64,000 nt of DNA from an uncultured Chloroflexia bacterium (GTDB lineage: Bacteria; Chloroflexota; Anaerolineae; Anaerolineales; Villigracilaceae): NCBI GenBank assembly GCA_963753465.1, contig CAVWCJ010000006.1, positions 261,366 through 325,365 on the forward strand. Reading direction: 5' to 3'. Below, in pieces: positions 18,284 to 27,981 of this stretch. The notes beneath the pieces were generated by a model. The model had not been told where the DNA came from, ran no database searches, and saw only the letters and a program-made list of their open reading frames with translations. How positions within the stretch are numbered: the stretch's first letter is position 1; the number at the start of each line of letters is the position of its first letter. Made by a program: the position numbers and the translations under genes.

Positions 18284-18874
18284 TTATTTTTCGGCCAGCA
18301 GAGGATCGATGACCGCCTGGATATCAGCCAGAGACTGGAACGGGCCAATCTCAATGAAACGCAGGCGCCCGTGTTGATCAATGACGTACGTTTCGGGTAC
18401 GCCCGGATCACGGTTGAACAGATGCGAGATGTCCGTCTGCAGATCCGGGCCGGTCGGGTACGAGATGTTGAATTTCTTGAGGTATGCCAGGGCCTCGGCC
18501 GGGGTGTCGACATAATCCACTCCCAGGAAAACCACCCTCCCGGAAGGTTGGTAGGCTTGCCAGGCCGTCTGCAGATAGGCAGCTTCGGTTTCGCAAGGCA
18601 CACACCAAGAAGCCCAGAAATTGACCAGGACGACCTTGCCGTGCAGGTCCGCCAGCTTGACCGAGGGCACGTCGGCATATTCATAGGCATTGTAAAACGT
18701 CAGGGAAAAATTGGGCACCGCAGAACCGACGGTCATGATCGGATGCTGACTCCGGGCCACCCCGATCCCAATCAGGGCGAGTAAGCCAAGCAATCCAGCC
18801 CATATGAAAATTTGGGCCCACAGCGGTACACCTCGCCGCCGCGGAATTGGAGCGGGTTCTGGGTTTTCGGACAT
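18284..18874 (-). CDS. ccmG: thiol:disulfide oxidoreductase CcmG/DsbE (TlpA/ResA-like)
   Basis: N-terminal TM anchor and the thioredoxin motif FWASWCVPC. Confidence 0.9.
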   Translation of the reverse strand: MSENPEPAPIPRRRGVPLWAQIFIWAGLLGLLALIGIGVARSQHPIMTVGSAVPNFSLTFYNAYEYADVPSVKLADLHGKVVLVNFWASWCVPCETEAAYLQTAWQAYQPSGRVVFLGVDYVDTPAEALAYLKKFNISYPTGPDLQTDISHLFNRDPGVPETYVIDQHGRLRFIEIGPFQSLADIQAVIDPLLAEK

Positions 18875-18889
18875 AAAGCTATTCCTTTG

Positions 18890-19384
18890 TTATCGGCGTT
18901 TGCGCAGTTCCTCTTCCAGGCGGGTGACATATTCACTCTCCGCGGCTGCCGAAGCTGAGGAGTCCGCTGAGGGAGAGGCTCCAGGGGCCGCTTCTGCCGC
19001 CTGCCGCCAGGTCCGGAATGCCAGAAAGAGTAAAAAGGCTCCAGCGAGGAACGCGGCCGGCGGGAGCACATAGATCAGCCAATTGATTCCTTCCGCTGGA
19101 GGCTCCGGGAGCACGCGCCATCCGAAATTGTCCACGAAGTACTGCCGTATGGCATCCGGGGACTTCCCCGAGGAGAGCATCTGGCGGATCAGCTCGCGCC
19201 ACTGACGACAAGCCTCGGTCGGGCAGACATCCAGGGGAACGTCCTGGCACACCGGGCAATAGAGCTGGTGGGCGATGGCATTGACCTCATCGTCCGAGGG
19301 GGTCGGCTGCTGTGCCAAGGCAACCCCGGTCCAAAAAACCGCCAGCACCAACGCGATTCCAGGGATCCAAAGCAAGCGTTTCAT
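18890..19384 (-). CDS. ccmH: cytochrome c maturation protein CcmH
   Basis: Signal peptide, the CcmH motif LYCPVCQ, and a downstream TM helix with an acidic tail. Confidence 0.85.
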   Translation of the reverse strand: MKRLLWIPGIALVLAVFWTGVALAQQPTPSDDEVNAIAHQLYCPVCQDVPLDVCPTEACRQWRELIRQMLSSGKSPDAIRQYFVDNFGWRVLPEPPAEGINWLIYVLPPAAFLAGAFLLFLAFRTWRQAAEAAPGASPSADSSASAAAESEYVTRLEEELRKRR

Positions 19385-19418
19385 TAAAAATGAATTCCCA
19401 ATCGTAAATTGTGTGTCA

Positions 19419-21473
19419 TCAGGCTGCCGAGGTGGTCTTGACCACGGCTCTCACCGGCACGGGGGAGGCTTCCGGGTCCCTGTCCGGCCAGGCAGCCACC
19501 AGGATGCCGAAGATGAAAAGAAGAGCTCCCAGCCACATCCAGTTGATCAAGGGGTTATGGAAAACCAGGAAGGTCGCATCCTGTGTGGCGATGGGCTGCC
19601 AGTCCACCAGGTCGATATACAGATCGTCCGCCAGAGTGCTGCGCTGGCCGGGGATTTTCATGGTCTGCTGGGCGTCCGGGTAATAATCGATGCGTGGATA
19701 GAGGTTGCCGGCGAAAGTGCCATTTTCATACACGCTGATCACGGCGCGGGTCACCTGGCGTTGATCCGGGAGAGTGAACACGGCAATCGAGTCGTACTTG
19801 ATGGTGTAATTCCCCAGGCTCAGGCTGCCTCCCAACGGGACGGTCTGCTGGGTCTGGGTCTGGAAGAAAAATACACCGATGATACCGACTGCCATCAGCA
19901 CCATGCTGATATGGATGACATACCCGCCGTAGCGGCGGCGGTTGCGGGAAGCCAGCCGCCACAGGGCGGTGAAGAAATTTTCACCCTGGGTCCGGACGCG
20001 GGCCAAGGCTCCCCGCCAGAATTCATACAGGGTGACCGTCAGGACCAGTGCAACAAGGCTGAAACCGAGCAATGCGAACGCCTGGTGAATGCCGCTGAAA
20101 TAGACCGCCACGACGGCAATGCCAGCCGCGATTGCCGGCTTCCACAATCCACGGCCCAGGGTCTTTGCCGTTGAGTGGCCCCAGGCCGACAGGGGGGCGA
20201 TTGCCATCAGCAGCAGCAGGCTGGCCCACAGCGGCCCGGTCACCTGGTCATACCAGGCCGGTCCAACGGTCACTGTTTGGCCCGTTAGAAACTCCGAAAA
20301 GATAGGGAAATACACTCCGATGATGCAAACCACATCCAGGATCAGGAAAAGAAAGTTGTTCAGCAGGAAGAGCGCCTCGCGCGAAAGCAGGGAGTTCATT
20401 TCGACGTCCGATTTCATCTCGCCCCAGCGATAGATCAACAACCCGATAGAGCCGATCGCCATGAGACTGGTAAAAATGAAATACGGCCAACCGATGGAAC
20501 TCTCGGCAAAAGCATGCACGGAAGAAAGAAGGCCGGTGCGGGTCAGGAATGTACCCAGGATCACCTGGAGGTAGGTCAAGATGATCAGGAACATCGTCCA
20601 ATGCTTGAACATACCGCGCTTTTCCTGGATCATGACCGAATGCAGGAAGGCAGTTCCAACCAGCCAGGGCATCAGGGCGGCCACTTCAACCGGATCCCAG
20701 CCCCAGAAACCGCCCCAGCCGAGCACATCGTACGCCCAGCGCATGCCCAGCACCAATCCGCAGGAAAGAAACAGCCAGGCCACAAGCGTCCAGCGGCGGG
20801 TGATGCGGATCCAGCGGTCATCGCTGCGGCCCGTGGCCAGCGCCGCGATGGCGAAGGCGAACGGGATAACAAATGAAACGAATCCGAGATAAAGCATCGG
20901 CGGATGGATAATCATACCCGGGTGGCGAAGCAGCGGGTTCAACCCCTGGCCATCGGAGGGGACCAAGGGCTGGGCCCCGGCCGGTTGGAACATAGCCGCC
21001 ACCACACCAGAGGACGTCTGCCACCAGCGGGCGAAGGGATTTTCGTAAAATAGGGTCAAGGAGAGAAAAAATGCCAGCGTGAGTGCCAGGACAACCGCCA
21101 CCCACGGCAGGAACTCGCGGTCGCGATCCCACTTACGCAGCATGACCACGGAGGCGAACGCCGACATCAGCCATGACCAAAAGAGCAGTGACCCCGCCTG
21201 TCCGCCCCACAAGGCGGTTATTTTGAGATACAGCGGCATCTCCCGGCTGGTGACCGCATAAACATACTGCAGCTCAAAATGTCCGCTGACGAGCAGATAG
21301 ATCAAGGACAGGGCCGCCAGGGTGACCAGAGGAAAGGTCAACAACATGGCCCGCCGGGCGCTTTCTACCCAGCCAGCCGCCTTTCCAAAATATCCATAGA
21401 GTGCCGCCCCGGCGCTGAACAGCGCCAGCAGAAAAGTCAAGACAACAATCCCGAAACCAAAATTAGCAACCAT
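19419..21473 (-). CDS. ccmF: cytochrome c heme lyase subunit CcmF
   Basis: 684 aa, polytopic, with the WWD signature WGGFWGWDPVE. Confidence 0.95.
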   Translation of the reverse strand: MVANFGFGIVVLTFLLALFSAGAALYGYFGKAAGWVESARRAMLLTFPLVTLAALSLIYLLVSGHFELQYVYAVTSREMPLYLKITALWGGQAGSLLFWSWLMSAFASVVMLRKWDRDREFLPWVAVVLALTLAFFLSLTLFYENPFARWWQTSSGVVAAMFQPAGAQPLVPSDGQGLNPLLRHPGMIIHPPMLYLGFVSFVIPFAFAIAALATGRSDDRWIRITRRWTLVAWLFLSCGLVLGMRWAYDVLGWGGFWGWDPVEVAALMPWLVGTAFLHSVMIQEKRGMFKHWTMFLIILTYLQVILGTFLTRTGLLSSVHAFAESSIGWPYFIFTSLMAIGSIGLLIYRWGEMKSDVEMNSLLSREALFLLNNFLFLILDVVCIIGVYFPIFSEFLTGQTVTVGPAWYDQVTGPLWASLLLLMAIAPLSAWGHSTAKTLGRGLWKPAIAAGIAVVAVYFSGIHQAFALLGFSLVALVLTVTLYEFWRGALARVRTQGENFFTALWRLASRNRRRYGGYVIHISMVLMAVGIIGVFFFQTQTQQTVPLGGSLSLGNYTIKYDSIAVFTLPDQRQVTRAVISVYENGTFAGNLYPRIDYYPDAQQTMKIPGQRSTLADDLYIDLVDWQPIATQDATFLVFHNPLINWMWLGALLFIFGILVAAWPDRDPEASPVPVRAVVKTTSAA

Positions 21474-21536
21474 TCAAGTTCCTACCATTTTTTCACCCTC
21501 TCTCCTTATGAGAGGGGGTGGATGGGTGAGGACGAA

Positions 21537-22046
21537 CTAATTCCCATTCACGACCTGGCTGGGTACGGCGTTTTGGTACTTGGTCGGGCATTTCAGCAGA
21601 AGCTCGTCGACATAGAATATCCCATCCGGACCGAGGTGCCCGGTCATGATCGCCTGTGCTTCATTACGCAGCAAGTCCGGCTTTGGACCGTGGTAGACCA
21701 CGTTGAGCCGCGCCCGGGTCGGGTCGGTGACCGCCGTATGCAGCACGGCTGCCAGCCCTCCCTCGGCATTGACCGTGGCGTTGTCACCCGGGACCTGGGC
21801 CACTTGAAATGTCAGGGTCAGCTTTTTGGGGTCGTACTGGATCGTCTGGCCGTCGACCGCACCGGAAATACGCAGATTCTGTCCAACAGCAGCCTGGCCT
21901 TTTGCCCGCAGTTCGTCGATCGTCATAAAGTATTCGGCATTGGCGTTGGTTGAAGAGACAATGAGGAACACAACTGCGGCAAGAATCACCCCTCCCCCGA
22001 TTAGGAACTTCACCCGACCCCTAAAACCCTGAGAAGATGCTTTCAT
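21537..22046 (-). CDS. ccmE: heme chaperone CcmE, variant CxxxY type
   Basis: N-terminal TM anchor and an OB-fold region. The C-terminal LLKCPTKY aligns with the canonical LAKHDENY. The codons TGC CCG ACC AAG TAC were read directly at 21590-21576. Confidence 0.9.
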   Translation of the reverse strand: MKASSQGFRGRVKFLIGGGVILAAVVFLIVSSTNANAEYFMTIDELRAKGQAAVGQNLRISGAVDGQTIQYDPKKLTLTFQVAQVPGDNATVNAEGGLAAVLHTAVTDPTRARLNVVYHGPKPDLLRNEAQAIMTGHLGPDGIFYVDELLLKCPTKYQNAVPSQVVNGN

Positions 22047-22116
22047 TGGATATGGACCTCCGGAACTTCATTGAAAATTTAGCATAATCAGGTTAATTCT
22101 GGCTTAGAGCAGTCCT

Positions 22117-23019
22117 TTAGACTTCTTTCCGCAGATGAGTACCGCAGGAGCGGCAGAAAATATCCTCAGGCTGAGCGCGCTTTCCACACTGGTTGCAGTA
22201 CAATACGCCAACCGAGGCCTGACCGTCCTGTTCATCCCTGGAATGGTGTGAGAGCAGGGCAGACTGTCTCCGATCCCTTCGCATCCGAACCAGACCAATC
22301 ATGACAAAGATAAGCAGCAACCCGGCGACACTTCCGATGGTGACATAAACCAGACCGCCTGCCCATATGCTGCTCGAAGGATTCTGGGTGGTCGATTGGG
22401 CCGGCTCCACCGGCATCCCCGAGACACTCAAATCTTCGGTCTGCTTCTGGTAATCTGCGCTCAGGCTGAAAGTTTGGCCTTCGTCCAGGCGAAACGTGTC
22501 AGTCTGGTAATTGGTCAGCCCCTGACTCGTCATGCTGCTTGTTGCCATGGGGGGCACGAGCACCAGGTCCAATGCGCCCACCGGCTGCAGAAAGTTCACC
22601 GTGAATGCATCCACGGCGGCATCGCCAGGCCATTGATACATGATGTGGCGGTAGGTGCCCTTCTTCATCAACAGGTCGTAATACTCGACCTGAACCTTGA
22701 GGGAGTTCGCGGTGATGGTCAGCACAGACCAATTCCCCAGCTGGTGAAGAGCATAGAGGGCATTGACCGGCCCACCCGCCGGAGGGACATAGGCAACCGC
22801 CCACACACTTGCCTGGGATGGGATGCGCAGTGTCAGGTGGGCAGGCAGGGTGGTCTGAGGTGGCAGATCGATATACGTAATAACCAGGACGGCCGGGCGG
22901 TCATACTCCGGCCAGATGTCGACATTTACCGCGGCGAAGTGTGCCTGCACCTGGGCCAGCGCTGGAATGGCAGCAAACACAAGGATGAGTAAAACCAGTC
23001 CAAACAACGCCTTACGCAC
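22117..23019 (-). CDS. membrane protein: signal peptide, ~200-aa ectodomain, TM helix, C-terminal zinc ribbon
   Basis: 300 aa with a GTG start preceded by GGAGGG. The ectodomain is alignable to the C-terminal half of the cytochrome fusion (AAVNVD/TAVSVD and other segments). The tail is CNQCGKRAQPEDIFCRSCG. Confidence 0.8.
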   Translation of the reverse strand: MRKALFGLVLLILVFAAIPALAQVQAHFAAVNVDIWPEYDRPAVLVITYIDLPPQTTLPAHLTLRIPSQASVWAVAYVPPAGGPVNALYALHQLGNWSVLTITANSLKVQVEYYDLLMKKGTYRHIMYQWPGDAAVDAFTVNFLQPVGALDLVLVPPMATSSMTSQGLTNYQTDTFRLDEGQTFSLSADYQKQTEDLSVSGMPVEPAQSTTQNPSSSIWAGGLVYVTIGSVAGLLLIFVMIGLVRMRRDRRQSALLSHHSRDEQDGQASVGVLYCNQCGKRAQPEDIFCRSCGTHLRKEV

Positions 23020-23218
23020 CAGAACCCTCCAAATCAGGGATTCCCTTTATCTACCCGGAGCCTACCGTCCAACACCTCGCTTTTACCATCGGGCAGGAAA
23101 GGCAGTGTCGCGAAGCAGCGGGTCGGGGTCTTGCTTCATCCTGCAAAAGGCATGTCATGGAAACAATTCCCTTGAAGCCTGAGTTCAAATATACCACCAC
23201 CGGATGCCGATAAATGGA

Positions 23219-24127
23219 TCAGAAGGGTTGCTTTTTTGTAAGGGACTTGACGAGAAAAAACATCATCCGGTTAAAGGGTGTGGGGATTCCTGCCTGTTCT
23301 CCAAGATGAATTACTGCACCGTTGATAGCCTCAATCTCAGTCGGGGCATTGCGCAGGATATCCTGCAGCATCGAGGACTGATTTTTCCCGGTGCGGCGGG
23401 CCACCTCTTCAGCCGCCCGCGCCGGATCCGCGAACGGAAGCACAATCCCAAGGGAAAGTGCAACCGCGGCAGTCTCACGGGCCAGTTCCACCATCAGGTC
23501 ATGCGCGGGGGGTCGCCTGAGCAGCTCTCCATTCGGGAGACGTAAGAGCGCAGTCAGCGGGTTGATTGCTGCGTTGACGACCAGCTTTCCCCAGACCAGC
23601 GAGGTCGCATCCTCGACAGATTCGACTGCAAACCCGGCGCGGTGCAAAAGGGCTTCCCAGGAGCGTACATGGGGGCGTTTCTCCAGCGAGATGCTCCCCT
23701 CGCCCCCGGGGCGGACCAGACCTGGCTGCAGAAGAGCAGCGCCGAGCGTGGTCACTCCCAAACCGACACGCTCCGCACCGAGGTATTGGACAAGTATCTC
23801 GCGGTTGCCGATGCCGTTCTGGAGCGTCAGCGCCAGTCCATCCTGCGCCAGGCAGCATTCCAGCTGGGCTGCAGCGCGTTCGGTCTGCCAGGCCTTGACC
23901 AATACCAGAGCGGCCTTCGCCCCGCGGCACTCGGCCGGGTCATCCGCCACGTGGACCGGGAAAACCCCACCGCCCTCCAGCTGCGCTCCGCGCGTGCGCA
24001 GTGCTGCCAGGCCTTCCCTCCAACTGCCCAGCAGGGTAACGCTCACCCCGGCAGAGGCAAGCCGGGCGGCGAACAAAGTCGCCATGGCGCCCGTACCAAC
24101 AATGAGTGCTTCTTGCAATGATTTCAT
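23219..24127 (-). CDS. panE: 2-dehydropantoate 2-reductase
   Basis: Carries the Rossmann motif IVGTGAMATLFAARL and has the ApbA/PanE family length. The ATG at 24127 overlaps the panB stop (ATGA). Confidence 0.85.
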   Translation of the reverse strand: MKSLQEALIVGTGAMATLFAARLASAGVSVTLLGSWREGLAALRTRGAQLEGGGVFPVHVADDPAECRGAKAALVLVKAWQTERAAAQLECCLAQDGLALTLQNGIGNREILVQYLGAERVGLGVTTLGAALLQPGLVRPGGEGSISLEKRPHVRSWEALLHRAGFAVESVEDATSLVWGKLVVNAAINPLTALLRLPNGELLRRPPAHDLMVELARETAAVALSLGIVLPFADPARAAEEVARRTGKNQSSMLQDILRNAPTEIEAINGAVIHLGEQAGIPTPFNRMMFFLVKSLTKKQPF

Positions 24128-25035
24128 GCATTCCTTGAGGTCTTCGCACCTTTGCGGTTCGGCACCCTGCTGAATTTCTCCCATTCTTCTTCCGGCATCT
24201 CCACCGTGTGTTCGGCGGCCGGGAAGCGGCGCGCGCTCACATCCGCGATATACCCGCTGAAAGCGCGCTGCATCTCGCCATGCAGGTCTGCGTACTTCTT
24301 GACGAACTTAGGCGTGAAGCGGTCGAACAGACCGAGCAGGTCATGCACGACCAGCACCTGGCCGTCGCATAAGGCGCCGGCGCCGATGCCAATGGTGGGA
24401 ATCGTCAATTTCCTGCTGACCTCCTCAGCTAGCCGCCCTGGAATAGATTCGAGCACGAGGCTGAAACAACCGGCCTCCTCCAGAAGCAGGGCGTCCTGCA
24501 GCAGGCGCTCCGCCGTCTCAGCGCTGCGCCCCTGCGGACGGAAGCCTCCAAGCAGATTGATCGACTGCGGCGTCAGGCCCAGGTGTCCCATCACGGGGAT
24601 ACCGGCACCGACAATCGCGCGCACGGTTGCGGCCCGCTCCCCTCCACCCTCCAGCTTGACCGCCTCCATGCCCCCTTCCTGGAGCAGACGCCCCGCATTC
24701 CGGATCGCCTCTTCGACTGAAGCCTGGTAGGACATGAACGGCAAGTCACCGATCAGCAGCGCAGTTCTGGCCGCGCGGGACACCGCACGGCAGGCGGACA
24801 GCATATCTTCCATAGTGACAGGAAGCGTATTTGGATAACCCAGCACCACCATGCCCAGCGAATCGCCGACCAGGATGGCGTCGATCCCGGCCTGATCCAG
24901 AGCCAGGGCGGTGGGGTAATCATAGGCCGTCAACATGGTGATCGGCTCGCCACGCTTCTTCTTTTGCTGAAAGGTCTGCGGGGTGATTTTTTTACCTTCA
25001 TTTGACTTTGAACCATCAGGAGAAAATGTGACCAA
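24124..25035 (-). CDS. panB: 3-methyl-2-oxobutanoate hydroxymethyltransferase
   Basis: ITMLTAYDYPTALALDQAGIDAILVGDSLGMVVLGY is diagnostic. TTG start preceded by GGAGGG. Confidence 0.95.
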   Translation of the reverse strand: MVTFSPDGSKSNEGKKITPQTFQQKKKRGEPITMLTAYDYPTALALDQAGIDAILVGDSLGMVVLGYPNTLPVTMEDMLSACRAVSRAARTALLIGDLPFMSYQASVEEAIRNAGRLLQEGGMEAVKLEGGGERAATVRAIVGAGIPVMGHLGLTPQSINLLGGFRPQGRSAETAERLLQDALLLEEAGCFSLVLESIPGRLAEEVSRKLTIPTIGIGAGALCDGQVLVVHDLLGLFDRFTPKFVKKYADLHGEMQRAFSGYIADVSARRFPAAEHTVEMPEEEWEKFSRVPNRKGAKTSRNA

Positions 25036-25300
25036 GGTACCCTCCGATCATGGTAGGGGCCGGTCCGGGTTCCGGACGAGCCATTCCTCTCTCCCCTGTA
25101 TAACTCCCTAAAGGGGGGAGGTGGGAGAAAGGATGTGGTAGAGAATATCATTCACCGTCGCGTTCCAACGGGCACGGGATACACGCGGTTCTGCCTATTA
25201 TTCCACAATAGTAGTACCAAGGCAATCTTCCACCTGTCGGTATTCTGTCCTATAATAGGTTTAACGATCGACCAATATGATTACACCCAGGAGGCAATTT

Positions 25301-25516
25301 ATGCGTCGCACAATGAGTTTCTTCATCGGAGTTCTACTTGGCGGGTTGGTCGGCGGGACGCTGGGAATATTGCTCGCACCAGCTTCAGGGAGCGAACTGC
25401 GCGCTCAAATCCGCGACCGGGCCGAAAACGTATCCGTCGAGATGCGCCAGGCTGCAAATACCAAACGCATTGAACTGCAAGAACGGCTGGAAAATCTGCG
25501 CGCCCCCAAGGCTTGA
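25301..25516 (+). CDS. YtxH-domain small membrane/stress protein
   Basis: Contains FFIGVLLGGLVGGTLGILLAPASGSELR followed by an amphipathic helix. The ATG at 25301 is preceded by AGGAGG. Confidence 0.7.
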   Translation: MRRTMSFFIGVLLGGLVGGTLGILLAPASGSELRAQIRDRAENVSVEMRQAANTKRIELQERLENLRAPKA

Positions 25517-25550
25517 TCGAAGCGTGGCGCGAGCCCCTGCCACAACAAAA

Positions 25551-26702
25551 TTATCTAAGCTTTCCATAAAACGCTTCCACCATTGCCATGCAGTGCTGGT
25601 ATTCAGCACGTACAGCAATGAGGGAGGCGTTTTCTTTTAACGCACTAGCGCGCAGGTCGGGTTTTTCCAGTGCGGAGAGGATCGCCTCCGCCAGCGAATG
25701 AGGATCAGCCGGGTCGAATAGCAGGCCGTTGGCACCCGGGGTGATCCACTCACGGATGGATTCCAGGTCGCCTGCCGCCGGGAAACAGCCGCAGGCCATT
25801 GCCTCGAGCAGTGAATTCGGGGTGCCGTCGTGGGTGCTGGGCGAGACAGCCACTTGTGCTGACCGGAAGACTTCCGCCATTTCAAGATGCGGCAGTGGGG
25901 GAAGCAGTTCCACAGCATTCCAGATCTTTAAATGATCCACCCAGTGCAGTGCTTCAGCCTGACCCGCCATAGCGGCGCACCGAAAAAATGCATCTGGATG
26001 CTGCCGGAGCACCAGGGGGATGGCCTGGAAGAAAGTGTCATTGCGGACGTAGGCACGAAAGCCGCGGGCGTTGACTACCACCGGTCGAGCAGGCGGCTCC
26101 TTGGGCGGGTAAAAGACATCGGTTCGGACCCCGCCGTTGCCAGGCACGACCAGGGTTGGTTTATTCCCGGCGAAGCCCCAATGCCGCGCCAGGCGGAGAT
26201 CCCGCCAGCAATCGGCGTGGACGGCAGCGGCAACCTGCAGGGTCCAGGTGGTGTAATGGTGCATCAGCGGTGTGGACGGCGCGTGCAGGGTAAAGTCATT
26301 GCCCCATACCGAGACAAGCAGGGGCACCGACCCTGCGGCATCCGCAGAAAGCATGCCTTCAAATGGGATGCGCATGGCATGGATGAGATCAGGTCTCACC
26401 CGCTCGATGACGGCGCGCAGCCGGCTGGCGGAGCTGCGGATTGTCAGCGGGCCGAACCACTGCCGGATTGTCCCCCGCAGGCGCACCGTCCTCGCACTGC
26501 CCAGGAAGCCTGGATGGCCAGCCTGGGAGGGACGCGCAGCCCCGCTGAAAGCGACCGGAATGATCTCCAGACCGCTCAAGGACAGTTCGGGGGAGCACGG
26601 AAATGTCGAAACCAGGGTAACTTCATCCCCACGCTCGCACCAAAAGCGGAGCCAGTTGAGCGTGATCGGGGAGCGGCCGTCGGCAACGAAGAGAAGGCGC
26701 AT
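25551..26702 (-). CDS. glycosyltransferase, GT4/GT-B family
   Basis: The C-terminal region STHDGTPNSLLEAMACGCFPAAGDLESIREWI is an EX7E-type motif. The start is set to the ATG at 26702 (MRLLFVADG). Confidence 0.85.
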   Translation of the reverse strand: MRLLFVADGRSPITLNWLRFWCERGDEVTLVSTFPCSPELSLSGLEIIPVAFSGAARPSQAGHPGFLGSARTVRLRGTIRQWFGPLTIRSSASRLRAVIERVRPDLIHAMRIPFEGMLSADAAGSVPLLVSVWGNDFTLHAPSTPLMHHYTTWTLQVAAAVHADCWRDLRLARHWGFAGNKPTLVVPGNGGVRTDVFYPPKEPPARPVVVNARGFRAYVRNDTFFQAIPLVLRQHPDAFFRCAAMAGQAEALHWVDHLKIWNAVELLPPLPHLEMAEVFRSAQVAVSPSTHDGTPNSLLEAMACGCFPAAGDLESIREWITPGANGLLFDPADPHSLAEAILSALEKPDLRASALKENASLIAVRAEYQHCMAMVEAFYGKLR

Positions 26703-26788
26703 CCCGAGCAATATACCACAAAGTTGTCATCGAAATACATTTGACGAAAACAGTCAGTTTGTGTATAGTGGAGACACATGGAGGCAAT

Positions 26789-27181
26789 ATGTGCGCGTAC
26801 CGTGTCCTGCTGGTCGAAGACAATCCGGATAATTTCGAACTGGTGCGCTTCCTGCTCGAACAGGGTGGGTATCAGGTAATAGGGGCTCACAATGGAGTCC
26901 AGGGCATCAAATCAGCCCGCAAGGAACTGCCCGACCTGGTCTTGATGGATCTTTCCCTGCCGGAAATGGACGGCTGGACAGCCGCACGCCAGCTTAAAGA
27001 TGATCCGCAAACGGCTGACATTCCCCTGCTGGCCTTGACCGCCCATACCCTGCCGGGTGACCGGATGCGCGCCCTCGAAGCAGGTTTTAATGGTTTTATC
27101 GCCAAACCCATTGACATCAAAACCTTCCCGGCGAAAATCGACCAAGCCCTGCAGACCAAGAAAAAAGCAGACTTGGGGTGA
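26789..27181 (+). CDS. stand-alone response regulator receiver domain (CheY-like)
   Basis: RVLLVEDNPDNFEL...LVLMDLSLPEMDG...LTAH...GFNGFIAKP. No output domain. The ATG at 26789 is preceded by GGAGG. Confidence 0.9.
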   Translation: MCAYRVLLVEDNPDNFELVRFLLEQGGYQVIGAHNGVQGIKSARKELPDLVLMDLSLPEMDGWTAARQLKDDPQTADIPLLALTAHTLPGDRMRALEAGFNGFIAKPIDIKTFPAKIDQALQTKKKADLG

Positions 27182-27184
27182 TTT

Positions 27185-27769
27185 ATGCCAAAAGGCGCTC
27201 GGAAAGCAGGGACAATCTCATCGACAGCGAAATGGTTGATCGGTCTGCTGATTCCCGTTGTGGGCGGCCTTGTGACCCTCCTGGTATCTCATTCTTTATC
27301 GGTTGCGGATGATCTCCGGCACGCGCGCGAAACCGAAGCGTACCTGACCCAATTCGCGCCGACCTTCTCCCAGACAGCCTCGCTCTCCCCCTCCGCGACA
27401 GCCTCGCCAACGATCACTCCAAGCCCGACGTACACATTCACATCCACTTTCACCCAGACCGCCACGCTGACCCCGACCGAACAGATCAACGGGCTTGAAT
27501 TCTGTGTCACTGTGGGCAGCGTCAACGTCCGCTCCGGGCCAGGCATGGAATACGCTCTTTCCCACGCCGCGCTTAGCCTGGCGGAATGTCTTTACTTCGA
27601 TGGGAGCAATGCAGACGGCACCTGGCTACGTATCACCACCGGGCAGGCTGACTTTTCGGGAGTGGACAATTGGGTTAACGCCAGCTTCCTGACCCGGGAC
27701 GACGATCAAAAACCGCCGGTCGTCCCTGTGCCTCCGACCCCTTATCCCACCTTCACGCCGGCCGGATGA
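27185..27769 (+). CDS. membrane-anchored SH3b-domain protein with PT/ST-rich linker
   Basis: One TM helix, the linker SPSATASPTITPSPTYTFTSTFTQTATLTPT, and an SH3_3-like region VNVRSGPGMEY...DGTWLRI. Confidence 0.72.
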   Translation: MPKGARKAGTISSTAKWLIGLLIPVVGGLVTLLVSHSLSVADDLRHARETEAYLTQFAPTFSQTASLSPSATASPTITPSPTYTFTSTFTQTATLTPTEQINGLEFCVTVGSVNVRSGPGMEYALSHAALSLAECLYFDGSNADGTWLRITTGQADFSGVDNWVNASFLTRDDDQKPPVVPVPPTPYPTFTPAG

Positions 27770-27981
27770 TCCGCGCCCTCAGCCAGATTGAGGAAGCAAT
27801 TTTTACTAAAGCGGGGCAGACCCGAACTCTGCCCCGCAATCGTTTTTCTGGTATATTTGCACAGGATTTTGATACCGCGCAATGATCTCCCCATCCCATG
27901 CAGCCGGCCTGGCACCCGCGGATTCCGGTATTTACCGAGCAGGTGCGGGGGGCTGATAAAAACTGAACAAGTGAGGCAGCC

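Noticed and set aside
777-25035. 24-kb uninterrupted run of minus-strand genes as a single super-operon
   Set aside because: Clear intrinsic terminators (714-754, 7171-7199) and several intergenic gaps of more than 100 bp divide it into multiple transcription units.
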